64,000 bases of DNA from a virus. The stretch is taken from positions 1-64,000 of IMG/VR virus record IMGVR_UViG_3300021425_000008. One strand, 5' to 3'. Below, one piece after another: positions 51,161-58,466 of the stretch. Position 1 is the stretch's first letter, and each line of letters starts with the position of its first letter. A program made the position numbers and the translations under genes. Below the pieces are notes generated by a model. The model was not told the DNA's origin and did no database searches. It was given only the letters and a program-made list of their open reading frames with translations.

Positions 51161-51445
51161 ATGGCAGTAACTAATAAAAGAGGAATATTCGCACTTTTAG
51201 ATGTAAGAGAACGACAGGCAACTGGAAATTGGCCTGTTAAACCTGATGTATGGTTAAGTCCTAGTCCTTTTACTTCTCCTTCTCCAAATACTGGTTACTT
51301 TGGTGGTGGTGCTCCTACAATATCAAGAGTAGACCGTATAGATTACTCTAATGACACTGCAACAGCATCAGTAAGAGGACCATTAAGTGTTGGTAGATAT
51401 TACTTAGCAGCAACCTCAGCAGCAGCAAACGGACTGCCACAATAA
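51161..51445 (+). CDS. single-blade paralogue C of the propeller proteins
   Basis: Same N-terminal W.VKPDVWLSPSPF leader, one blade, identical YLAATSAAANGLPQ end. Confidence 0.7.
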   Translation: MAVTNKRGIFALLDVRERQATGNWPVKPDVWLSPSPFTSPSPNTGYFGGGAPTISRVDRIDYSNDTATASVRGPLSVGRYYLAATSAAANGLPQ

Positions 51446-51466
51446 ATAGTCAAAATCACATATATT

Positions 51467-52129
51467 ATGATTGAAAATCCATTATCATATATTCTTATTC
51501 GTCCTAATGTCATCAACTCACAAGGTCTTCAAGAACTTGTATCACATATCAAGTCGTCTCCAGCAGAAGATTTATCAGTCTTTGATCCAGACAAAACAAA
51601 TGCAACTGGAAAAACATCTTGGATTGTAGATAAACAAACCAGAGATACTCAAATCGTTCCAATGGGTCCTTTGTATCCTAAGATTGAGGACTTATTTCGT
51701 AATACAGTAAAGAATATCATCAATCCTTTCTATCAGGTAGAAGTGGATAGTAGTGAAATACCACAAGTATTATCTTATGGTATTGGTGGTCATTATCGTC
51801 CTCACATTGATGGTGAAAGTATTTGGATGACACCAAGAGGTGAAAAGATATGGAAAAAAAGTACGAACAGAGATTTATCCATAATTTTTTATTTGAACAA
51901 TGACTTTGAGGGTGGTGATTTTATTTTCCCAGAACTTAAGATAAGAATAAGACCAGAACCAGGTATGTTGGTTTGTTTTCCTTCTAATCATCATTATTCT
52001 CATGGAGTTGAGTCCGTTACCAAAGGTAAGAGGTATTCAATTGTCTCATGGGCAACTGTCAAAGGATTTCCATCTATGGATGATGTCAATCAACAACTCT
52101 CACAAGAGTATGGAGTTCCAGTCATATAA
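51467..52129 (+). CDS. prolyl 4-hydroxylase-like 2OG-Fe(II) oxygenase
   Basis: Y..GGHY.PHID, YLN.DFEGG.F, FPS....HGV..V.KG.RYSIV.W. Confidence 0.85.
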   Translation: MIENPLSYILIRPNVINSQGLQELVSHIKSSPAEDLSVFDPDKTNATGKTSWIVDKQTRDTQIVPMGPLYPKIEDLFRNTVKNIINPFYQVEVDSSEIPQVLSYGIGGHYRPHIDGESIWMTPRGEKIWKKSTNRDLSIIFYLNNDFEGGDFIFPELKIRIRPEPGMLVCFPSNHHYSHGVESVTKGKRYSIVSWATVKGFPSMDDVNQQLSQEYGVPVI

Positions 52130-52153
52130 ATACTCACAAACAGTTATAGAACT

Positions 52154-52540
52154 ATGAAATATCTCAAGCACTACTGGATTTGTGTTCATTCTGGCAATTA
52201 TATGTGTGGAAATAATCCAGTTGAAAAGAGACATCCAGAAGCAGAGTTTCCTGGTCTTGATGTAAGAATCTGGATGAACGATGAAGATGGAATTGATGTA
52301 TGTCTTTCCAGAGTTCCTGATACAACAACGATTACTGATATTGTAAATCCTGATAATGGTAAGAAGGTCGTTCAGGAATTGACCGAAGCAGAATTCAATT
52401 CAGTTCAAACTCCACTTACTGAGTCACAAACACTTCGTCAGCAAGCACAACAAGAGACTGATGAGGTTCTTAAGGCAGACCTAGAGGCACAAGCAGATGC
52501 TAAGTTTGAGGAAGCAAGACAGGCACTTTTTGCTCTTTGA
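52154..52540 (+). CDS. hypothetical protein
   Basis: TATAAATA late promoter at 52125. Confidence 0.7.
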   Translation: MKYLKHYWICVHSGNYMCGNNPVEKRHPEAEFPGLDVRIWMNDEDGIDVCLSRVPDTTTITDIVNPDNGKKVVQELTEAEFNSVQTPLTESQTLRQQAQQETDEVLKADLEAQADAKFEEARQALFAL

Positions 52541-52610
52541 TTTTTATAAAAATAGAACCTCCAAAAATGAAGGTTTTTTTGTGAGAATAAATAATTAAAA
52601 ACATTCTAAA

Positions 52611-52946
52611 ATGGCAGTCCCAGTAGTAAATTTAACTATTGATAAAGGCACTGATTTTGAAGCAACTTTTACTGTCACTAATTCTGATGGTTCTATTTTT
52701 TCTTTGACAAATTATAGTGCAACATCAAAAGTAAGAAAACATCCAACTGCAGCAGAATTTAAATCATTTTCAACAACAGTTACTGTTGCAACTGGACAAA
52801 TTAAAATATCAATGGGATCTACAGTGACTGCTGAGTTAGATGAAGGTAGAAATTATTATGATATAATAATTACTCAATCAGGTACAGGAAAAATTGTAAA
52901 AGTATTTGAAGGTATGGCTATTGTATCTAATACGGTATCTTTATGA
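52611..52946 (+). CDS. small virion structural protein
   Basis: NL.IDKG.DF...F, GR.YYD, V.EG pattern; ATAAATA at 52587. Confidence 0.7.
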   Translation: MAVPVVNLTIDKGTDFEATFTVTNSDGSIFSLTNYSATSKVRKHPTAAEFKSFSTTVTVATGQIKISMGSTVTAELDEGRNYYDIIITQSGTGKIVKVFEGMAIVSNTVSL

Positions 52947-53035
52947 CAATTAAAGAACAACAAAAACAAATTGAAGAACTTAAAGAAATAATTCAAAATA
53001 TGTAAAGATCTTTTGTGACACTTTTAAAACTGTCC

Positions 53036-53070
53036 TATAAGACCTTCAGAACGCCACTGAAGGTCTTATA
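53036..53070. repeat. perfect 14 bp inverted repeat at the late/early boundary
   Basis: TATAAGACCTTCAG-7-CTGAAGGTCTTATA. Confidence 0.85.
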
Positions 53071-53097
53071 CTATATCAGTAAGACATTTCATTTACT

Positions 53098-53301
53098 ATG
53101 GATCATCAAGTTAAACAAGTTCTTCTATCTTACCAAAATTGGTTAAAGAATCAACCAAAAAATCATTATGAAATAAATGGAATTATCATTGATGGTATTG
53201 AATTGAATATTCCAAATGATCAAGATACGATTTTATCATTTGAAGAAGATGCTTCAAAGTTAAATGTGACTATTGATTACTATATGGATGAATTTCTATG
53301 A
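53098..53301 (+). CDS. hypothetical protein
   Basis: ORF track. Confidence 0.55.
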   Translation: MDHQVKQVLLSYQNWLKNQPKNHYEINGIIIDGIELNIPNDQDTILSFEEDASKLNVTIDYYMDEFL

Positions 53302-53399
53302 CAATAAAAGAAAAACTGATCTTCATTGGATCCTTCATGTGGATGATGCAATGGGGTACCAGAGTTGTCTATCAAGGACTGTCACATGCATTCTATTGA
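53298..53399 (+). CDS. small hydrophobic protein (33 aa)
   Basis: Manual translation MTIKEKLIFIGSFMWMMQWGTRVVYQGLSHAFY; ATGA overlap. Confidence 0.55.
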   Translation: MTIKEKLIFIGSFMWMMQWGTRVVYQGLSHAFY

Positions 53400-53724
53400 A
53401 GTTGTTCCGTCATTCACTTTTGTCCCTTCCTGTAAACCCCTTCTACATTGGTTTATGGGTGAATATCTATCTGACCATGGTATTGACCTAACTGTGGTCT
53501 ATATGGACCTGTCTGATGAGGGTGTGACTGGGTGGTGTATGAGAGAGGAGGACAATGAGTTTATCATTCAAATAGATGAAAGTCTAAGAGGTGATGAACA
53601 TGATCGAACTCTGATACACGAGATGGTACATATGAAACAACATTTGATGGGTATTCCACGATGTGAGATATGTGCTAATCTATCAGAAAACTTGTTACTT
53701 GACAAGTACAACAATCAGGACTAG
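53386..53724 (+). CDS. HEXXH zinc metallopeptidase-like protein
   Basis: TLIHEMVHMKQ....E motif. Confidence 0.7.
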   Translation: MHSIEVVPSFTFVPSCKPLLHWFMGEYLSDHGIDLTVVYMDLSDEGVTGWCMREEDNEFIIQIDESLRGDEHDRTLIHEMVHMKQHLMGIPRCEICANLSENLLLDKYNNQD

Positions 53725-53727
53725 AAT
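53699..53727 (+). promoter_or_regulatory. sigma70-like promoter
   Basis: TTGACA-17-TAGAAT. Confidence 0.7.
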
Positions 53728-53770
53728 AGGCTTGTCCTGGAAGATGAGGAACCTTTAAGTTATTAAGACC

Positions 53771-53965
53771 ATGAAAACCAAGTTCATTTGCGTACAACCG
53801 AAGACCAACAAGGCAGTGAATCGTTTCCATAATATGATGGACGAACTTCATAGTTGCCGTGTGGAACAAGAGACTGAAGATAAAATGTTTCTTGCATCTA
53901 TCTCAGGTCGGTACCACTTCTGGATGAATAAGATGAACGACAATGATTGGGAAGTCATTAAGTAA
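53771..53965 (+). CDS. hypothetical protein
   Basis: ORF track; follows promoter. Confidence 0.65.
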   Translation: MKTKFICVQPKTNKAVNRFHNMMDELHSCRVEQETEDKMFLASISGRYHFWMNKMNDNDWEVIK

Positions 53966-54026
53966 TCTTAACATCGTTTGACTACCTGTTTGTAAATACT
54001 AACATGGTGACACATTCGGAGGCTCT

Positions 54027-54254
54027 ATGACCCATAGTCCAAAAGAAAAGAAACTTTCGAGTCAAGAGATAGAATCCATGGAAATTGCAGTCGAACAAAC
54101 TGACATCCGTGCCATTCATCCTGATAAAATGGAAGCATTTGCAGATTACCTAGTTCAAAAACTACAGAATGAAGAAAATTCAGGACCAAAATTTAAAGCT
54201 TGTGATTGCACTTGCTCAAGTGGACAATCTATTTGCTCTGACGGAGGGAAATGA
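54027..54254 (+). CDS. hypothetical protein
   Basis: GGAGG SD before ATG. Confidence 0.6.
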   Translation: MTHSPKEKKLSSQEIESMEIAVEQTDIRAIHPDKMEAFADYLVQKLQNEENSGPKFKACDCTCSSGQSICSDGGK

Positions 54255-54351
54255 GTATGAAACTTATCTGCAGATGAGTTTATGGAAGATCAAATCTGAA
54301 CTCGAAAGACAGATGAAAAAGTGTCCACCATCACTTGACAAAGTATCTTAA
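54169..54351 (+). CDS. hypothetical protein
   Basis: ORF track. Confidence 0.5.
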   Translation: MKKIQDQNLKLVIALAQVDNLFALTEGNEYETYLQMSLWKIKSELERQMKKCPPSLDKVS

Positions 54352-54363
54352 TTCTTATATACT
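54335..54363 (+). promoter_or_regulatory. sigma70-like promoter with upstream GACA-N10-TGTC box
   Basis: TTGACA-17-TATACT. Confidence 0.75.
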
Positions 54364-54385
54364 TAAAGTGTAATTTCAGGAGTCA

Positions 54386-54616
54386 ATGAAGTATCTCTAT
54401 GTTGTCCAACATTATGTACCATTCCCTCAGTCAGAGTATGGTGGTATTTGGGTCGTCAGAGCAGAATCTGATGAAGAGTGTTTTGATTTGATTTCAACAC
54501 ACGATGATCTATACCCACAATTTTATGGTAAATTGAGAGAGAACATCATGAATTCAAATAAATACGAATTGACTGATGATTCAGCTTCTGAAGTTATCGA
54601 GAGTTTTCTAACATGA
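54386..54616 (+). CDS. hypothetical protein
   Basis: AGGAG SD; VPFP.SEYGG.W. Confidence 0.7.
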   Translation: MKYLYVVQHYVPFPQSEYGGIWVVRAESDEECFDLISTHDDLYPQFYGKLRENIMNSNKYELTDDSASEVIESFLT

Positions 54617-54822
54617 CTCAAAAACCAGAAAAAGATCCGAACGACAAGTACGCCAAATATGATTTTGGCGTAAGATGTAATGAACATCATGATGAGGATG
54701 AATTTGATCCAGAAAAAGATGCCAATATCGATGATTGGCACAATCGTCACAGAGATAAACTGTTAGACGAATTTTGTGATACACACCCAGGTGCTCCACA
54801 ATGTAAAGTTTTCGATGAATGA
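54613..54822 (+). CDS. cp12: CP12-like Calvin-cycle inhibitor
   Basis: C-terminal FCDTHPGAPQCKVFDE matches CP12 C.x3.P.x4.C.x.x.D. Confidence 0.8.
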   Translation: MTQKPEKDPNDKYAKYDFGVRCNEHHDEDEFDPEKDANIDDWHNRHRDKLLDEFCDTHPGAPQCKVFDE

Positions 54823-55006
54823 ATCCGAAAAACGTGCTCTTGGTCTTATGATCGAGAGTGTCCTCAAACCAGACAGTAAACTCCGCGAATGTGCACACAA
54901 TCAAGGATGTTTCGATGAATTGATGGAATGGCGTCAGGTGATGCTTGACCTACTATATGATTACAACCGACATGGAATTCCCGCACAAACCGCCGACAGG
55001 GTATGA
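54815..55006 (+). CDS. hypothetical protein
   Basis: ORF track; start overlaps the CP12 stop. Confidence 0.6.
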   Translation: MNESEKRALGLMIESVLKPDSKLRECAHNQGCFDELMEWRQVMLDLLYDYNRHGIPAQTADRV

Positions 55007-55250
55007 GTATTGGACTGACCAATATTCTAAGACTGTTATTCGTATCTGGATTCGTAACATAGGGACAACATTTGTCTACACAGATGCACCTCCAAGTTCA
55101 GTCTGGGGGTTTTTCTGTCAAAAGACTAAACAATTCAAGGCTCCTGTGAACCACAAGAAACCAGGTAAAGTTGTAAAACCAGAAGACACGACTCCATATT
55201 CTGCAATGCAATTGAATCTAAATCCACTCATGGCTGCATTCTACCAATGA
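54972..55250 (+). CDS. hypothetical protein
   Basis: MEFPHKPP.GY.Y...SVWGF...APVN.KKPGK. Confidence 0.65.
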   Translation: MEFPHKPPTGYEYWTDQYSKTVIRIWIRNIGTTFVYTDAPPSSVWGFFCQKTKQFKAPVNHKKPGKVVKPEDTTPYSAMQLNLNPLMAAFYQ

Positions 55251-55450
55251 AAGACCTAGATCCTTCTTCAATTACATTATCATCACCATCTAAATCATTT
55301 GCATATGAGAAGATGTCTCGTGATATTGACGAGTGTGATGACATTGTGGTCCTGAAGGACGCTCTACGTTGTTATGTCAAGTTGTATTTTAAACAACAAG
55401 AAACTATTTCACTGATTGGAGTTCCGAACATTAACGATGAAAACATTTGA
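55247..55450 (+). CDS. NblA-like helix-loop-helix protein (tentative)
   Basis: L.S.SK.F.YE...R.ID.C.D...L......KLY.KQQE resembles NblA periodicity. Confidence 0.4.
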   Translation: MKDLDPSSITLSSPSKSFAYEKMSRDIDECDDIVVLKDALRCYVKLYFKQQETISLIGVPNINDENI

Positions 55451-55736
55451 TGTTCAACTTAATGATTATGTCAAATGGCATCATCATCAATGGATAGACG
55501 AGGGATGGGTATATTTCAAATGTGATGACTATATCACCATTGAAGTTGGTGTGAAACCTAAACCGATTTGTAATCTAGTCAGAAATAGGTTACACTGTAA
55601 TGAACACATTCTAGTAGTCTGTCATAAAAAATTTTGGGACGAACTAGAATATATTAAAACAAGGGAAACAAATGATGAAAATTCGCAATGTTTTGTTAGG
55701 ACTATCTCTATTGATCGTCCCTCCAGCAATGGCTGA
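55437..55736 (+). CDS. hypothetical protein
   Basis: EGWVYFK..DYITIEVGVKP. Confidence 0.6.
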   Translation: MKTFDVQLNDYVKWHHHQWIDEGWVYFKCDDYITIEVGVKPKPICNLVRNRLHCNEHILVVCHKKFWDELEYIKTRETNDENSQCFVRTISIDRPSSNG

Positions 55737-56349
55737 TGAGACAAAGATTACCAAAGGATATAATTCCATGGATGCCATGGGTTGTATGTTGGTGAGAGAT
55801 TGTAAAGAAGATGTAGAAGAAGTTCATAGTCTTTTGGATATTTCCTCACAGTATCCTAATACTGCGGAGTTTACATCATCTGCATACGAATTCAACACAA
55901 TGTTGATGACACTCAAACGTATGGGTGTCAAAGTATATCTTGCAGATCAAAGATATTTCCCGATCATGCATCGTGGCGTATATCACACGGTAAGTAACAA
56001 CATCTATCTCAATCGTAGATACATGGGTGAACCAAATGTATTGATGCAATTGATGAGACATGAAGGGTGGCATGCTGCTCAGGATTGTATGGCTGGTACT
56101 ATTAAAAATAGTATGATCGCTATTATCAAACCAGAAGATGAAGTTCCCATGATTTGGCGTGTCATGGCTGAACGAACTTATCCTGCCTCAGCTGTACCCT
56201 GGGAGGCAGAAGCACAATGGGCTGGACGTACTGAAGGTATGACACAAAATGCTCTTAATGCGTGCGCAAATGGTAAAATGTGGGAGGTATTCGAGCCAAC
56301 GCCAATGACCCGTGAATGGTTAGAAAAAAACAATTACATCAAGAACTAA
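55672..56349 (+). CDS. secreted-type HEXXH protein
   Basis: Signal-peptide-like N-terminus; RHEGWHAAQDC, E.EA. Confidence 0.7.
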   Translation: MMKIRNVLLGLSLLIVPPAMADETKITKGYNSMDAMGCMLVRDCKEDVEEVHSLLDISSQYPNTAEFTSSAYEFNTMLMTLKRMGVKVYLADQRYFPIMHRGVYHTVSNNIYLNRRYMGEPNVLMQLMRHEGWHAAQDCMAGTIKNSMIAIIKPEDEVPMIWRVMAERTYPASAVPWEAEAQWAGRTEGMTQNALNACANGKMWEVFEPTPMTREWLEKNNYIKN

Positions 56350-57005
56350 TGAAAATCTTTTTAGACACAGCAGACACAGAAATCATCAAAAAGTATTGGT
56401 CTACTGGACTGATTGATGGTATCACTACAAATCCATCTCTGATTATGAAGAGTGGTCGTAATCCTGAGGATGTATATCAAGAACTCGTGGATCTTGGTGT
56501 ACCTGACATCAGTATGGAAGTTGTTGGATCTGACCTTGAAATGTATGACGAAGGTATTCGTCTGTACGAAAAGTTTGGTCCTGTATGTACTGTCAAGGTT
56601 CCATGTACCCGTGAGGGACTCATCGTATGTAAGCGATTGTCTGAACAAGGTATCAAAGTGAATGTCACCTTGATCTTCTGTGCAGCACAGGCAGTTCTTG
56701 CGGCGAAGGCTGGTGCAACTTATGTGTCACCATTCGTAGGACGATTGGACGATCAATCTGTCGCTGGTCTTGAAGTTGTACGTTCAATCTTTGAACTGTA
56801 TCGTATTCACGGTATTCGTACTCAGGTATTATCTGCATCGATTCGTAGTGTTCAACGTGCAATTCGTTCTTGGTACAATGGTGCTGAAATCTGTACGATG
56901 CCACCTAAAGTTTTTGATCAAATGTATGATCACATTCTTACCGATAAAGGTCTAGAAATCTTTGATAAGGATTGGAAAGAAGTATGTGGAGAATCTGGAG
57001 TCTAG
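56349..57005 (+). CDS. talC: transaldolase TalC
   Basis: MKIFLDTAD, GITTNPSL, VKVP, NVTLIF, YVSPFVGRLDD, ASIR. Confidence 0.97.
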   Translation: MKIFLDTADTEIIKKYWSTGLIDGITTNPSLIMKSGRNPEDVYQELVDLGVPDISMEVVGSDLEMYDEGIRLYEKFGPVCTVKVPCTREGLIVCKRLSEQGIKVNVTLIFCAAQAVLAAKAGATYVSPFVGRLDDQSVAGLEVVRSIFELYRIHGIRTQVLSASIRSVQRAIRSWYNGAEICTMPPKVFDQMYDHILTDKGLEIFDKDWKEVCGESGV

Positions 57006-57193
57006 CTCTAGGCAGAAAAGATGGACGAGATGATAGAGAAGCAGATATTATTGCTGGCATACGTACCTTTATTCTTGTGTTTTACATGGTTACCAATGTG
57101 GCTATCGTTGCCAACGCAGTAAGACATTGGAATGACGGTCAATGTGACAACACTATATCTGGCACAACTTCCTTGACAACCGACCCTAAATAA
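56984..57193 (+). CDS. small membrane protein
   Basis: MWRIWSLALG.K.G..DREAD.IA.IRT...N..IVA..VRHW. Confidence 0.6.
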   Translation: MWRIWSLALGRKDGRDDREADIIAGIRTFILVFYMVTNVAIVANAVRHWNDGQCDNTISGTTSLTTDPK

Positions 57194-57201
57194 CATATGA
57201 T
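57173..57201 (+). promoter_or_regulatory. sigma70-like promoter with upstream GACA-N10-TGGC box
   Basis: TTGACA-17-TATGAT. Confidence 0.7.
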
Positions 57202-57226
57202 TTATAGGTAGTCAACAGGAGTCACC

Positions 57227-57403
57227 ATGTCTGCCACTTATCTCCCTCAGCGTCAAAAGTATCGTATCACTCTTGAACTCGATGTAATGGACGATTTCAA
57301 TCCACATAATATCGATTGGGAAAAGGTTCTTGATGTTCAAGGTGGCGAAAGTGTTGATTCCTATGTGGAAGATCTGTCTGTACCAGACTGTTTCTTCTCC
57401 TGA
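57227..57403 (+). CDS. hypothetical protein (58 aa)
   Basis: AGGAG SD; MSATYLPQRQKYRITLELDV.DDFNP..IDW. Confidence 0.65.
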   Translation: MSATYLPQRQKYRITLELDVMDDFNPHNIDWEKVLDVQGGESVDSYVEDLSVPDCFFS

Positions 57404-57410
57404 TAATATC

Positions 57411-57442
57411 GGGGGTGATAAATAAAATATATTATCATCCCC
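57411..57442 (+). promoter_or_regulatory. late promoter inside a hairpin that occludes the translation initiation region
   Basis: GGGGGTGATAA/TTATCATCCCC stem containing ATAAATA (57418-24), ending 3 nt before ATG 57446. Confidence 0.65.
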
Positions 57443-57445
57443 ATC

Positions 57446-57637
57446 ATGGCTTTCTACACAACAAAACCATCATTGATTGATCCATCTATCACACTTTATT
57501 ATGCTGGTGGTAATAGATGGTGCGATGTGCCATCTGAAAAAGCGACTTACGCTACAAGAGAAGGTCTTGATCGTAAAGTTGCCAATGAAGATGGTAAGAC
57601 GGGATCATTCAAAACAGCTACAGTGGTAGAAGAATGA
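57446..57637 (+). CDS. small late protein
   Basis: ORF track; downstream of late promoter. Confidence 0.65.
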   Translation: MAFYTTKPSLIDPSITLYYAGGNRWCDVPSEKATYATREGLDRKVANEDGKTGSFKTATVVEE

Positions 57638-58266
57638 AGACTTTAAGAGAGTTTTTAGAAGCATATGATCCTGAGATTCAAGGTAGATCTCAGATCAAAC
57701 AAACTGGCGACGAAGGTAGGAAAGAGCCTAAAAGAGACACCGCTAGTAGACGTAAGGCTGGTGTAAAACCCAGGGTTAAAGCCGTCGGTGGTGGTAAGAC
57801 TGCGCCAGTCGGAGAGTATAAAACTCGTTCAGACGTAGGATCTACCAAAGCAAGATCCGAGAGAGAACAACAACCTACCAAAGAGAGAGGTAGTAAAGAA
57901 GTCAAGCAATCTTACGCCGATAAAGTTAAGGCTGAGAGAAAGAAAGCCGCTCAAGCCAGAATCGCAGCCAAAAAGGCTGGTGGTGAAGTTAAGAAGACTG
58001 AAACGAAGAAGAATACAGATAAAGAAGCATCTCAACTCCTGAAGAAGAAAGAGACCAAGAAAGTCAATCCTAACTATAAACCTAAAGAAGCATCAGGTTA
58101 TACAAGACAAGAGCGCATGAAGATTACTCGTGCAGGTGAACGTGAACTGAAGAAAGACTTCAAACAACAAGAGACAGATCGCTACAAAAAAGAGACTGGG
58201 CGTAACCCAGATGCTAAAGGTAGAACTAAGATCGTTGCAAGAGTGCATAAGAGGATGTCAACATGA
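57634..58266 (+). CDS. highly basic protein with capsid-targeting-like N-terminus
   Basis: MKTLREFLEA start; K/R/E-rich body. Confidence 0.65.
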   Translation: MKTLREFLEAYDPEIQGRSQIKQTGDEGRKEPKRDTASRRKAGVKPRVKAVGGGKTAPVGEYKTRSDVGSTKARSEREQQPTKERGSKEVKQSYADKVKAERKKAAQARIAAKKAGGEVKKTETKKNTDKEASQLLKKKETKKVNPNYKPKEASGYTRQERMKITRAGERELKKDFKQQETDRYKKETGRNPDAKGRTKIVARVHKRMST

Positions 58267-58418
58267 CCCAAAAGATGATGAAACTGTTCTCCAATGTGAC
58301 GGAGGCAAGATCATATCTAAGGACAAACAATAGTATGACTGTGGTACAAGCCAAACAATATGTTGACAAACATACTACCATGACTAATGGTAACAAAGTC
58401 TGGGTAGTTCTCCCATAA
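58263..58418 (+). CDS. hypothetical protein (51 aa)
   Basis: Manual translation MTQKMMKLFSNVTEARSYL...VWVVLP; ATGA overlap. Confidence 0.55.
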   Translation: MTQKMMKLFSNVTEARSYLRTNNSMTVVQAKQYVDKHTTMTNGNKVWVVLP

Positions 58419-58466
58419 TAAAGTTAGTAACCTTGAAATGTCCACTATAGTATAAGACTGAGAATT

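Noticed and set aside
37514-51445. Diversity-generating retroelement acting on the repeat proteins
   Set aside because: No reverse transcriptase or non-coding template repeat in the window; variation includes indels and is not visibly adenine-specific. An RT elsewhere in the genome cannot be excluded.
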